The position numbers and the translations under genes were made by a program. Positions 25,000 to 37,244 of a stretch of DNA of 64,000 bases are shown here, piece after piece (positions within the stretch are counted from its first letter, which is position 1; each line of letters starts with the position of its first letter). Under the pieces are notes generated by a model, which searched no databases, had not been told where the DNA came from, and saw only the letters and a list, made by a program, of their open reading frames with translations. The stretch is from the NCBI RefSeq assembly GCF_963921235.1, contig NC_086097.1:73224001-73288000 (forward strand), read 5' to 3'. Origin of the DNA: Mobula hypostoma. Its lineage: Eukaryota.

Positions 25000-25694
25000 T
25001 GTGTAGTTGCAACCTTTTAGCCTTTCACCAGAAGCTCTCTAATGTTTTGTAAGGGTGGTTCACCACCACCTTTTCAATGATAGTAAGCAATGGGTAATGA
25101 AAGCTCATTTTTAAGAACCCCTGAACTTTTGGTCTTGACTAGTGACTAGTTTGGCCTTTACCTGCTGGGCTTTCCTATAGCTCAGTTTCAATCTTCTCTT
25201 CTAATCTGTGACAGACTACAGGCAAGAGTAATTAAAAAGAGCAATTTGATCTTTTGATTCTTTCTATGTGAGGGGATGGATAAAGTAGGAATATTTGAGG
25301 GTGCCTAGCTGCTAGTTCATTGCCCATAATGCTTTCCACCACTCCATGGTTGGCAGTAAAGAGGCAGCCAGATGTACTTGTATATATTATAGCTTCAGTC
25401 TACTGGTGATGGACTGTTTGTCCAGTGACAAGTGCATCAGACAAACAAACTGCATACGTTTCTGTTCAACCCATATGTATCCAGATAAGTTGCGTACCTT
25501 GCAGCAGCCTTGACTTGTGCTTTGATGTGCCAGGTACTGCCCCAGTTTTTTGCACACCTTGACTCCATTTTGTATCCCTCGGTTCAATCCATTCCTACCT
25601 ACATCCATGACACTTGACACTCTTCAGTCACTTCAAGTTCCCTGACCCTGATTGCCTTATTTTCAGTATAGTCGTCCAGTCTCTATACACTGAA

Positions 25695-26357
25695 TCAAAG
25701 ATGGTGACAAAATCAGCAGATAGGAGGGAGATTGAAAATCTGGTTGAATGGTGCTTCAACAACAACCTCTCACTCAACATCAGCAAACGCAAAGAGTTAA
25801 TAATTGACTACAGGAGGAGGTAACCAGAGGCCTCATTCAGGGATCAGAGGTGGAGAGTGTCAGTAACTTGAAATTCCTGGAGTATATCCACAAGGTGTGA
25901 TACCACAAGAAAGCAGCATCTATTATCAAGGATGTTTCCACCATCCAGCCCTGCTCTTTTCTCACTGCTATCATCGGGAGGGAGGTACAGGTGCATTGGG
26001 TCCTTCACCACCAAATTCAAGAGCATCCATTACCCTTCAAACATCAGGCCCCTGAATCACTATAGCGAACTTCACTCACCAAAATGCTAAACTAATTCCA
26101 TAACCCATGGAATTTCAACGACTCTACAACTCATGTTCTCAGTCTTATTTATTTATTCATTCATCATTCATTTATTATTCTTATTTTTTGAAGTTATTTT
26201 CTTTTTCTTTATATTTATTTGTGTATTGGTTGTTTGTCAGTCTTTGTTTTTTATTGGTTCTATTATATTTCTTTGTTCTAACATGAATGCCTGCAAGAAA
26301 GTGAATCTCTGGGTAGAAGATGGTGACATACATACTTTGATAACAATGAACTTTGAA
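25695..26357 (+). mobile_element. Rex1/Babar-like LINE 3' fragment nested in the PLE
   Basis: RREIENLVEWCFNNNLSLNISKRKELIIDYRR, followed by a T-rich 3' UTR ending AATGAACTTTGAAC. Confidence 0.8.
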
Positions 26358-27064
26358 CATCCCATCAGGAAGACCTTAAAGCACTCTGCTTCTTTCTGGA
26401 CAACAGACTAAACCAGTTCCCCTCCACCACCAACACCTCTATTTGCCAGAACTGATTCTCACCCTCAACAATTTAGTTTTTGCATCCTCCCATTTTTTTT
26501 TCTAAACCCAATGTGTGTCCATGGGTACCAGCATGGGTCCCTGCCTTTTTGTTGGCTATGTGGAATAGTCCATGTTCCAAGCCTACATTGGTAACACTCC
26601 CTAACTCTTTCCTTTCTACGCTGACGACTGCATGGTGTTTAGAAACGTCATCAACTTTATTTCCAGCTTCTACTCTGCTCTCAAATTTACTTGAGAGCTC
26701 TTTCCCCTTTCTTGATCTCGCTGTCTCCATCTCTGGAGATGGATTATCTACTGATTTCTTTTACAAATCGCTTAACTCTCTCAACTACCTTGACTATACC
26801 TCTTCTCACCCTATCACTTGTAAAAATGCTGTTTCTTTTTCTCCGTTCATACGTCCCTGTCACATCTGTTTTCAGAATGAGGCTTCCTTTCCATAACATC
26901 AGAGGTGCCTTCCTTCAAAGAAAGGGGTTTCCCTTCCTCTAGCATTGATCCTGCCCTCACCCACATCTATCCCATTTTCCAGTATCTGCTTTCATCCCAT
27001 CTCCCCACCACCATAACTAGTGATGGAGTTCCCTTTGTCCTTGCCCATGAGCCTCCAGATCTAA

Positions 27065-27397
27065 AACATTTAAAACAATGCCAGGACAGATGATTGAAAA
27101 AGCAGAATGTTGGGATAGGACTCTGTGATATTTTGCTCCAATGTGTGAGGCTGTGGGCTATGTGCCTGCTCCAGTTCCCCCAGGCTTCGTGTCTATGAAC
27201 TCCCTTTCGTTCTGTATGCTGTTGCTTGCCTTTGTTGTTAGCACGAGTTGTGTTTTTTTTAATCTCCCTGAGCATTGGGTGTTTTGTTTGGCCTTTTTTT
27301 AAAATGGTTCTTTCAGGTTTCTTGTTTTGTGGCAGCTTATTAGGAGACAAATCTCAAGGTTGTATATTTATACGTTGATAATAAATGCAGTTTGAAT
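27065..27397 (+). mobile_element. LINE/SINE tail fragment nested in the PLE
   Basis: Non-PLE sequence ending GATAATAAATGCAGTTTGAAT, similar to the tail at 26290-26357. The PLE resumes afterwards (NFCHLQWDPTT). Confidence 0.55.
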
Positions 27398-28175
27398 TTC
27401 TGTCATCTACAATGGGATCCAACCACTATGTACATCTTTCCCACCCCACCCCCATTCTCCACATTCCGCAGGAATTGCTCTCTACTTGACTCCCTTATCC
27501 TCTTGTCCTTCCTCACTGATCTTTCCCCGGCACTTATCCTTGCAAGCGGGACAAGTGCTGAACCTGTCCCTACATCTCCTTGCTCCTCACTCTTCAGGGT
27601 CCTGCATAGTTCTTCAGGTGAGAGGACACTTTACCTGTGAATCTGTCGGAGTCATCTATTATATCCCATGCTCCCAATGTAGCCTCTACTACATTGGTGA
27701 GACCCGACACAGATTGGGGCAACTCTTAATCGAGCACCTTCACTGTCCAGCACAAAAGGCAGGATTTCCCAATGGCCACCCTTTTCAATTCGACTTCCCA
27801 TTCTCATTCAGTCATGGCCTTCTCAACTGCCACGATGAGGTTATGCTCAAGTTGGAGGAGGAATACCTGGTATTCTTTTTGAGTAATCTCTAACCTGATG
27901 GCATAAACATCAATTTCTCTAACTTCTGGTAGTTTCTTCCCCTGCTTCCCTTTTCCTCACTTGCCTATCACCTCCCTCATGCCCCTCTTCCTTCCCTTTT
28001 TTCCATGTTCACTATCCTCTCCTATTAGCTTTTCACCTCTTTGACCTGTCATCTCTTGTTCATCTGCCCACTCCCATCCACCCAATTTCCTCTTCACCTG
28101 GTTTCACGTATCACCTGCCATCTTGTACTACTTTCCCTCCCCATCACTTATTCTGGCTTGTTCCCATGTCCTTTC

Positions 28176-28213
28176 CAGTCCCGATGAAGGGTCTTGGCCT
28201 GAAATATTGACTG
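28176..28213 (+). ncRNA. Variant hammerhead motif (CCGAUGA core)
   Basis: CAGTC-CCGATGA-A-GGGTCTTGGCCT-GAAAT-ATT-GACTG. Stem I CAGTC/GACTG is perfect and the stem III palindrome is ATAT. Confidence 0.55.
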
Positions 28214-29744
28214 TTTATTCCCCTCAAGAGATGTTGCCTGACTTGCTTAATTCATCCAGCACTTTGTGTGTGTTCTCTCCAGTTAACGGTTCAGCATCTC
28301 ATCTCTACTGTATTAAGAACATGCCATCAGCTTCTGAATGTGTGTATAATTATTTGCAGCTTTAATATTACCACATTAAGGGAGTAGTTACATTTCAGAG
28401 TCTGAATATCGCAAAAGCAAAGCCTGGCATGGTAACAGGACTGAATCAGAAAGCAGCATTTATGCTCTCTAGCTGCTTACCATGTAACCAGCTTGTCAGG
28501 GGTGCAGAATATAACCTGTAATTCCTTAGCGCCAAGCTTCTTACTACTTTTGTTTTTTTATTATTAGCTGCTTTGATACACTGCAGGAAAGTAGAAAAGC
28601 TACCTATATAATACAGATTAGTATATTGCTGGCTGACCCAGCAAAGACAATAATGAAGCCGTTTCACCTGGGAATCAACGTAGGTCTCCATGTTGAGCCG
28701 CTTGAGTGCATTTTGAGGTTTATGCTCCATTTTAGTCATGCATTGCAATTAGTGATCGAATGCAAGTGTTTCAAGGGAACAAACTGAAGTGAGTGAAATG
28801 AGAAGGAACTCTGCATTGTTCACTAGCAAATGAATTATTCCAGCTGTTTAGCTTTTAAGATAGCCAGTGCAGAATCATCCAAATCTTGAACGTAAGCATG
28901 AAAGCGACTGTTTGCTGTATCTGTTAATCTAACAAGGTTGAGAAATATTTATTTGCAGGGATGATTCTGACGATTTTCAAGCAAATACAGAAAGGTAATT
29001 CTCAATATGCAGTTAATCCAAATAATATTTTTATAGTGCTAGTCTTGGTTACAGTTTGATTGTTATATTGCAATCAAAATTATGCAATGCAGCTACAAAT
29101 CAAATATTTGGCATTGGTGCAAATATTGTAAGTATATTTTTATATAGAAGTGAACTTACATTATAAAGTCAAATGGAACAATTGGCTTTAATATTCAACC
29201 TTTATTTCTGCTGTAGACTTAATTTAACTGCAAAAAAAAAGGCAAAACCCCTCTTATTGCAGGAATTAAATTTCTTATTACTACTGATACAGAGGAAGCT
29301 TTTTGCACTAGAGTCAGTTGCTGTATCCAGTTTTAATTCAACCTGTAGGGGGTTTAGTTTCATGTTATCAAAGACATAGTGTTGTAGAGGTTTGTAATTT
29401 GAGGGCATGGATGGCCTTATTTGAGTTAATAAAATGATCTTTTATGTAAACGCATCTGCAATAGTGTCACTGCAGTGGAAAACTGATGTCATTATGCTCA
29501 TTGCAGTGACACACTGTATTGGATAGCTTGCCATGCAACTTTGTGGCTCTCCACGCTGCAAAATTATCCTTATCCATAACAAGAATTCTGTAATCGAAAT
29601 ATATCACAGGAGAGAAATGGCAAAATGTATTACATGAACGGATTAAGTGAATAAAATTGCAAATCGATTTTGAAACAATGAATGTAACCTGCTCTCGCCC
29701 ATCTAGATGTGCTGGATCTCGTCTGTTTCTTTGCTTAACTTACA

Positions 29745-30560
29745 CAGACATCCCACATCTCCCAGAAGTTCCTGGAGTCTCCGGCATATTAATAGTGGCT
29801 CCCTGATGCCCACAAATTACATACAATGTCCCGGAAATTGATTTTCTTTTGAGAGTGAGCGTGAGAGAACGCGTGAGAAAGAGCGAGTGCAAGAGCAAGA
29901 AAGCAAGCGCAAAACAGCGAGCTCACGTGAGCGGGAGAGTGACCATGAGAGAGCGAGCGAGAGCAAGAGAGAAAGCAAGCGTGCAAGAGAGAGCGATAAA
30001 GCAAGCGCGCAAGAGAGAGCGATAAAGCAAGCGCGCGTGCGAGAGAGTGAGAGAGAAAGCAAGTGAGCGTGTGAGAAAGCGAGCGTGCATGAGAGCAAGA
30101 GAGAAAGCAAGTGCGTGCGCACGTGAGAGCAAGAGAGAAAGTAAGCGAGCGAGAGAGCGAGAGCAAGTGAGAGCGATCATGAGTGAGAGAGTTCCAAAAA
30201 AAGTCAGAGTGGCAGAGTGTTCCAAAAAGAGAAAATATAAAATGTACGTCACCCCAGACTACACTAAAGTATACCCCTGCCTAACAGGGGTCAAAATAAT
30301 GACAGTGTTGCTCGCTGCACTGTTTGCAACAGTGAATTTTCTATTGCCCATGGTGGGTTAAGACTGTACAAGACATGTTGAGGTGAGTTTAACAGGTGTC
30401 ATTCGTTCATCAGCATAGCTAACATTATTTAAACTAGCTGGCTAGCTGCTAAGGTGCTACTCTATTGCAGACATCCCACCTCTCCCGGAAGTTCTGGGAG
30501 TCTCCTGCAAATTGATGGTGCTACCTCCCTGAAATTAGTTTTTGCAGGGTTGGATGTCTG
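29745..30560. mobile_element. hAT-like non-autonomous DNA transposon (MITE) with 6-bp TSD and internal GA/GC-rich minisatellite
   Basis: TIR CAGACATCC...GGATGTCTG. TSD CTTACA (29739-29744 and 30561-30566). The left end is repeated internally at 30468 and also occurs at 60718. Confidence 0.85.
29851..30190. repeat. Degenerate purine-rich minisatellite (GCAAGAGAGA(G/A)(C/A)...GCAAGCG units)
   Basis: Repeated GCAAGAGAGAGCGATAAAGCAAGCGCGC-like units, read directly. Confidence 0.9.
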
Positions 30561-30609
30561 CTTACAGAAAGCAGTCAGCATAGTTATTTCACAAGCATCC
30601 ATTAATGAT

Positions 30610-30930
30610 GGGATAGCACATTGGTTCAGAGAGTAGCACTGTTGCCTCACAGTTCAAGTAAACCAGCCTCTATACTGATCTCTGGTTCTTTCTTTATGGA
30701 GTTTACACTTCCTCCTGAATGGGCTTCTTCTGGGTGCCCTGGTTATTCTCTACAATTCTCAAAATATGCAGGTTGGCAGTTAAATGGCTACTGTAAATGG
30801 CCTTTAGTTTGTTGATGAGTGATGTGATCTGTTGGGGAGGGACAAGTTACATTGACAGGAGTCTGGAGGAACTAAGATTAATGTAAAAATGGATGTAGGT
30901 GGATTGTTTCCATGCTACATCTCTCACCGG
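30610..30930 (+). mobile_element. HE1/V-SINE-like tRNA-derived SINE, decayed
   Basis: GTAGCACTGTTGCCTCACAG head, TGGAGTTTACAC and GGGCTTCTTCTGGGTGCCCTGGTT (V-domain-like), recognised from memory. Confidence 0.7.
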
Positions 30931-31169
30931 CTCTTTGTGAAATGTTATGAACTCTTAACTGTGCATTCCTGTGGATTGACTTAATAAGCTTTCATCTTTT
31001 GGATTTTAATTTACTTTTAGTCTTAATATGTGGATGAAGGATTTAGTCCCAATGGTTTGTCGAATCTTGTGTTGAGTGAGATATGTCAATTTTATCTCAA
31101 ATCCTGGAATCAATGTAAACTTGAAGCACCAAGTTGCTAGGAAATAGGCTATATATGACCTATCTAAGA

Positions 31170-31676
31170 AACGATGTGTTGACATTGGAGTGGTTCAAAG
31201 GAGGTTCTCAAAAATGATTCTGGATTGAAAGGCTCGTCATATAACGTGCATTTGATGCCCTGGGCTGCTACTCACTGAAATTCGGAAGAATGAGTGGGGC
31301 CCTCATTGAAACCTATCAAATGTTGAAAATACTTTATAGAGTGCATGTGGAGAGTATGTTTCCTATGGTGGGGTAGCCTAAGACTAGAGGTCACAGCCTC
31401 GGAATAGAGGGCCATCGATTTAGAATAGAGATGAGGGATTTCTTTAGCCAGAGAGTGGTGAGTCTGTAGAATTCGTTGCCAGAGGTAGCTGTGGAGGCCA
31501 AGTCATTGGGTATATTGAAGGCAGAGGTTGATAGATTGTTGATTAGTCAGTGCATGAAGGGATACAGGGAGAATGCAGGAGATTGGGGCTGAGATGGGAA
31601 TGGGTCAGCCATGGTGAAGTGGCAGAGTAGACTTGATGGGCTGAATAGTCTAATACTCCTGTATCTCATGGTCTAA
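31170..31676 (+). mobile_element. CR1 3' end
   Basis: Similar to 52600-53065 (TTCTTTAGCCAGAGAGTGGTG, GCTGTGGAGGCCAAGTC). Confidence 0.85.
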
Positions 31677-32823
31677 CTAAAGTAATGAGTTCAGTACCCC
31701 ATATTGGGGCAATAGAGAGTTAAGACTGGAACTTTTGCTGACCAAAGTTAGAAGCTTGTGATATGGACAACTGGAAACATGTTAAAGGTTTTCTTCCTTA
31801 ATGCTGTACTTCATTTCAAAATGACTGGTGGGATGAAGGAATAGAACTGTAATGTTAAAGCCTTTTTCAATGCAAAATCTTTTAATTTTTTTGAATTATA
31901 CTTTAAAAAAAATTTTGATCTGTTATTAATACATTAACTTTGTAAGAATGTAGGTACACTTTTTTTCAAGAAACATAAACTTATCTTAGAGTTAAAATTA
32001 ACAGAAGACCTAGCAACATTTGCTATTTGCAGAAGAGAGCTTCCAAATTTCTGCCATCATCTTTGGAATTGTTTCCTAATTTAATTGTCAGATGTATCTT
32101 ATACTCTGTACATCTGTGAATATTGTTTTTAACCATATTGGTTTCTGTTCAATAACTGAAATCTTTAATCAGATCACCTCCAGTTCCATGTAATTCAGTT
32201 TTAATCTGTGTAATATCCGCCATTTTAATAGTTGGAGTCTAGCTTTCTTTTATCTAAATATGTATTGCACTCCCTTCAAAGCCAATACCATCTCTTGGGT
32301 TTTTATTCAGATCTATTTAAAACTCTTCATGTGTCTTTGAGCTGGGCCGTGGCACAACTCTTGTACTCCATTCATCTTGATATAAGGTCTTAATTAACAT
32401 GTACAGGAATCCTTTTCCGTTTCCAAATCATTTTTAAGTTTTGTAACATTTAGGAAGTACACAATTGTATATATTAATTCCAATGTGGATAGTCTTGTAT
32501 AGTCTACATTAGAAATTTTGCACAAACTGAAGTTTTGTTCCCTCATGTAATACGTTGTATCTTGATTAAATGTAACATTTTAAGCTATGCTCTTCATAAT
32601 ACTTTCCTTCTTGCCATTAACGAATTTGGATATGTGCCTTTCTGCCCAATCATCTACTATGTTTTTAATCCCATCATTGTTTAACAGTTTGCGGTAAAAG
32701 GATAGTAACCATTGTAATGCCACACAATACATCTGGTTGATGCTGAGGCAATGGAGAATTCGTACAGATGTTTTATGTTAGAACATCTAGAATAAAGTCT
32801 GTTTGTACTGCTGTTCAATTGCA

Positions 32824-33310
32824 TTCCCCTCACTTCATCACAGCATCACCCTTGAGGCCTGACATGTTCATTCTGTCCGAAACCTCGAAGCAGCTGGTCG
32901 TGGTTGAACTGACAGTTCCTTGAGAAGACCGGATTGAGGAAGTGTTTGAATGCCATAAAGCCAAATACCAGGAGCTGGTAGAGCAGTGCCAGAGACGGGG
33001 TGGAGGGCATGATGCAAGCCTATAGAGGTGGGGTGTGGAAGTTTTGCTGGCTGCTCACTATGCAGAATCTACTCTCGCCTTGGCATTATGGTGCTGCAAA
33101 GAAGAGTCATCAGGGCCGTTGGACAGGCAGCTGAGCAAACCTCCAGATGGCTATGGATCAAGAGGTGTGACCCATGGACCAATGCTGCTGGGACACAACC
33201 CAGAGCCTGATCAACACTGGCTGGGTCACCTAGGTGAAAGTGTCTGATGTTGAAAGTCCTGAAACACCTGATGACCCCAGATTGCATTACTGATGATTTA
33301 TCTCAGCATC
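32824..33310 (+). mobile_element. HERO-like (R2-group, restriction-like endonuclease) non-LTR retrotransposon 3' end
   Basis: Translates LRPDMFILSETSKQLVVVELTVP*EDRIEEVFECHKAKYQELVEQC, then after a frameshift PIEVGCGSFAGCSLCRIYSRLGI. This is a PD-(D/E)-type restriction-like endonuclease (RLE) domain, followed by a structured 3' UTR. Confidence 0.82.
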
Positions 33311-33439
33311 ATGTTTGTACTGCTGTTCAAGTGCATTCCCTCAGTACCACATTAAAGTTTCTATCATTCTGAAACAACATGAGTGGAAACAGTTGGAGGA
33401 ACTCTTAGGTCAAGTATCATCTGCAGAGGCAAAGGGATG

Positions 33440-34230
33440 GTCATTGTTTCAGATCTTTAAGGCCATTGCTCCCACCCTTACTTTATTGTACATCTACACC
33501 AATCCCATTTGCTGTGTTAGGATCATATCCTTTTATGCCTTGCTATTTAAGTATCTGAATGCCTCTTTAATGTTGTAATTGTATCTGATCCCCCCCACCT
33601 TCCATAGCCATATGTAGCAGATATCCATCTGCTTTCTCAAAAAGAAAGAAAATGTACCTCTTAAATCCCCTTTAAAACTCTTCCTCACACTTTAAGATCT
33701 ATGTTTTCTTGTTTTGGATAACCTTACCGAGGAGGAAATAGTTCTCAGACTTGTATCAGATCATCGCTCAGCCTCCTTTGTTCCCGGGAAATCTTGGACA
33801 GCTTCTTCAATCTCACCACTTAATGAAAATCTTCCAATCCTGTCAAAATCCTGGTTATCTCCTCTGCACTCTCTCCAGAACAATCTTATTCCCACAGTTT
33901 GGTGACCAGAACTGCACACAATACTCCGAGTGTGTCCTAACCATTGTATTGTAAAGTTTCAACATAGCTTCCCAGCTCTTTTATGTTGTGCCTATCTTGT
34001 GAAGGCAGGCATGCCACATGCTTTCTGTACCACTCTATCCACCTGTGTTGCCAGTGTCAGGGATCCCATTTGGACCCTCTGGGTGTCTCTCTTCATCAAT
34101 ATTACTTGGTACCTGCTGTACTGTACATGTCCTATCCTGATCTGACTTCCCAACAAGCATCATCTTGTACTTGTTGGAATGAAATAACATTTGCCAGTGT
34201 CATTTGCCATCTGATCTTTTTATGATTCAA
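33440..34230 (-). mobile_element. Old CR1 RT/3' fragment
   Basis: CCTCTGCACTCTCTCCAG and GGTGACCAGAACTGCACACAATACTCC are the reverse complement of the [10 protein letters not shown] / LERVQR region. Confidence 0.75.
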
Positions 34231-34967
34231 GTATTATTTCTTCATGAAACCATCAACTGCCTCCAGCAGAAGGTATAATTAATTGTGTGTGTGTGGGGGG
34301 GGGAGACATTTTTTAAGCAATCTTGTAATGTATGGATTTATTTTTTGTGTGTGTTTGTGTTTGTATCTTGGCTCATGTGCAGTTTAATTATGCAGAAAAT
34401 GCCTTTGGCAGTCAACCAAATGTACATGACTGTTCTGTGAACTGTAAGTGAATCTGCTTAAAATTCTTCTAATGGAGTAGATATGTGCAACTTTTTTTGG
34501 CAATATGATCCAGTCTGTGGGTGCTAATCAAATACTCTAATGTGCCAGTAGCTGTGACAGCCTTTTGCTGTATAGGGAGGTCTATAAGGAATAAATGCTA
34601 TGGAATAGCTGTGGTGCTATTCTGTCACTCGGAAGAAAATGAGTATTGAAAACCTGTGGTCATGATAAAATCACTACTCTCTGAAAACTGAAGCTTCTTT
34701 TATTCGGTTTCATTGAACCTTTGCGTAGTTCTGTCAGCATGTAATCTTGTTGAACAGTAGGAATTCTCAAATGCATTATTCTAAAGAATTTGTGGAAGCT
34801 TTGCAGAAATGGAAAAAAAATTCTAAAGAAATATTTCACCTAATAAAGATGTTGAACAGTGCATTTCTCCTCCACATTCCCTTTTTGTCTTCTTTCTGTT
34901 CATTTCCATGGTATATGGTACATATTATTATGGCAATTCACAACGTCACATTTCCTTCAACTGTCTG

Positions 34968-35215
34968 ATTATTTATTTATTGTTTGAAGGGAGTTGGCCC
35001 TTTGAACTGCTCTGCCCACCAACCTTATCACAGGACAATTTATAATAACTAGTTAGCCTACCAACCAATATGTGTTTGGACTGTGGGAGGACACTGGAGT
35101 GCCTAGAGGTCACAGGGAGAACTTACAATCTCCTTACAGGCAGCAGCGGGAATTGAACTTGGGTCACTGATACTGTAAACCGTTGTGCTAACCACTATGC
35201 TACCCTGATGCCCTG
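34968..35215 (-). mobile_element. tRNA-derived SINE (V-SINE related)
   Basis: Reverse complement has a tRNA-like head (GGTAGCATAGTGGTTAGCAC A-box-like, GTTCAATTCC B-box-like) and a (ATAA)n tail. Confidence 0.75.
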
Positions 35216-36763
35216 GAGGGTTCTCACTAATTCCTTCACATTGACCATGTCTCTTTCAACCAGGTCACCAGACTATCTCTAGAAAGAAAGAGTACCACAA
35301 GGCAACACATTAATGTTGCTGGTGTTAAACTGCTGTTTTTATGGTACGTTAGAGATTAAATATTTAGACTATTCTAATTGACTTTTTGCTGACAATTACA
35401 TAAAGTTCTTAAACTGCTGGTGCTAAGAGTAGATGTATTAATGAGAAACGCGGAAGGCTTTCTCGCCATTTGAGTAGAATTAACTTACTGCTTGCTACAC
35501 ATTCTTGCACGTGCAGGAGCATTAGTACAAGATGACACATACTTATGTTATTTATTACCATAATAACCTATCCTCTGCTCATGGCATGGTTCCACATGAA
35601 TAATCTTGCTGCTAGGGCTGAGTTCTAGAGACTGTTCCTGTGAACACACTGCCTGACATTAGTAGTACCCTGCTTCCGACAGAGCTGAAAGAGTAGGTGT
35701 GACGTTTCAAATAAAACAAGAGATTTAGAGCTTTACTGTAGCCAAAATGATACTTTACTGCTGCTTGACTAAGAAAATGGAGAAATTCTGTGCTAGTTTT
35801 ATAGGTAATGCAAAACTCATTTTGATTCATAGAGTGGATTAATGTATTCAGTCTTTTGACCCTCTGCTGGTCCTTTAAGGAGCTGTACAATAATCTGTCC
35901 GTCCTACTTTTTACTTTCATTTCACTAAAAGCATTTACCTGTCTTTTGGGAGTTACTGTTAAGCTTGTTTCCATTGCCCTCCTATTCTAGGCATTCCAAG
36001 TCACTATAAACCTACATACATAATTTGTTTGCCCACAAGCTGTATTTGTGATTTTATTTTTGCTAAGTTTCTCCTGTTACTGGCTCTTCCATAGTTATTC
36101 TCTCAGAGTGTATGATTTTGAACACCTCTGAAATTTGTCAACTTTTATTACTGTAAGATGGATTTTTAGGTTTAGGACATATATATTTAGCAATTGACTT
36201 CAGCTACCAGTCTTCACACCTGAATATGTACTGTAGATTTAATTCGGTGTGCAACTCTGAACAATGGCTTCCTAAAAACAGTGAATCTCAGACCAGACAA
36301 TGCTGATTAAAATTCATTTGGATGTCTGTGGTGTGGATGTAAATTGGAAGGTGTGAAGGCTGTATGTAGTTTCAAAGAAAGCATTGTCCATAGATTGTAA
36401 GTATGGAATTGCCCTTTGATGTTTGGCATAGTAAATATTGAGCCCCATGTTGGGCCAGCAGATCTTTCAACTGAAAGCATCTCCATATGATGCATGCTGT
36501 ACCTTGTTTTGTCAAATAAAGAAGCTGCTTTGTATCTACTAGTAATTTTCTCTGGTGACTTTATTCATGCAACAACAATCACAAACCTGGTAACTATTCA
36601 GGAAATCCTTCCTAAATTCTCTCCAAAGCTTTGATGTCTTTCCAAAGATTGACCCCAAAGCCTGGGGTTTGATGGTTATTTTACAAAGTGTTAGAGTATT
36701 TCCCTTCAAACAAAAAATGCTGGTGAACTCAGCAGGCCAGGCAGCATCTCTAGGAAGAGGTAC

Positions 36764-36799
36764 AGTTGACGTTTCGTGCCAAGAACCTTCATCAGAACT
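36764..36799 (-). ncRNA. Minimal hammerhead motif
   Basis: Reverse complement: AGTT-CTGATGA-A-GGTTCTTGGCAC-GAAAC-GTC-AACT. Stem I AGTT/AACT is paired and the core is intact, but stem II is weakened. Confidence 0.65.
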
Positions 36800-37206
36800 A
36801 ACTGAAAGAAGAGATGGTAAGAGATTTGAGAGGGGGAGGGGGAGATCTGAAATGATAGGAGAAGACAGGAGGGGGAGGGATGGGGCCAAGAGCTGGAAAG
36901 TTGATTGGCAAAAGGGATACGAGGCTGGAGAAGGAAGAGGATCATGGGACAGAAGGCCTAGGGAGAAAGAAAGTAGGGGGGGGGAACCCAGAGGATGGGC
37001 AAGGAGTTATAGTGAGAGGGACAGAGGGAGAAAAAAGAGAGAAAAAAAATAAACAAATACTGGATGGGGTGCGAAGGGAGGTGGGGCATTAACGGAAGTT
37101 AGAGAAGTCAGTTGACTCCTGTCCTCCCCCTCCTGTCTTCTCCTATCAGTTCGGATCTCCCCCTCCCCCTCCCACTTTCAGATCTCTTACTATCTCTTCT
37201 TTTAGT

Positions 37207-37244
37207 CAGTCCTGACGAAGGGTCTTGGCCCGAAACGTCAACTG
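37207..37244 (+). ncRNA. Minimal hammerhead motif
   Basis: CAGTC-CTGACGA-A-GGGT(CTTG)GCCC-GAAAC-GTC-AACTG. Core and stem II are intact, with one C-A mismatch at the first stem I pair. Confidence 0.78.

Larger units (their letters stand above)
25555..28280 (+). mobile_element. PLE (RT, GIY-YIG, 3' UTR, hammerhead-like terminus), decayed, with two nested insertions
   Basis: LDSILYPSVQSIPTYIHDT and FKFPDPDCLIFSIVVQSLYT up to 25692, resuming at 26358 (PHQEDLKAL). Then VSMGTSMGP, FLDLAVSISGDGLSTDFFYK and VIYYIPCSQCSLYYIGETRHRLG (GIY-YIG). Hammerhead-like motif at 28176-28213. Confidence 0.9.

Noticed and set aside
24579..25052. ORFs of 76-124 aa (HTHT/SLSL/CVCV)
   Set aside because: They are translations of a microsatellite.
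25392..25531. AG...GT-bounded 140-nt candidate exon
   Set aside because: Stops in all three frames and no protein similarity.
29789..30361. Overlapping Ser/Leu/Arg-rich ORFs
   Set aside because: They arise from the minisatellite inside the MITE.
33235..33300. CTGATG...GAAAC and two CTGATGA in the HERO-like 3' UTR as a hammerhead
   Set aside because: The first core reads CTGATGT, and I could not build stems I-III with a NUH site in any permutation. It is better explained as a plain structured UTR.
34968..35215. tRNA gene
   Set aside because: The tRNA-like head is degenerate and fused to a SINE body and tail.
36764..36799. Apparent compensatory changes (AGTT/AACT stem I here; ATAT stem III in other copies) as proof of selection
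   Set aside because: CpG deamination of ACGT and GTCGAC produces most of these variants neutrally, so they are not evidence without a proper covariation test.
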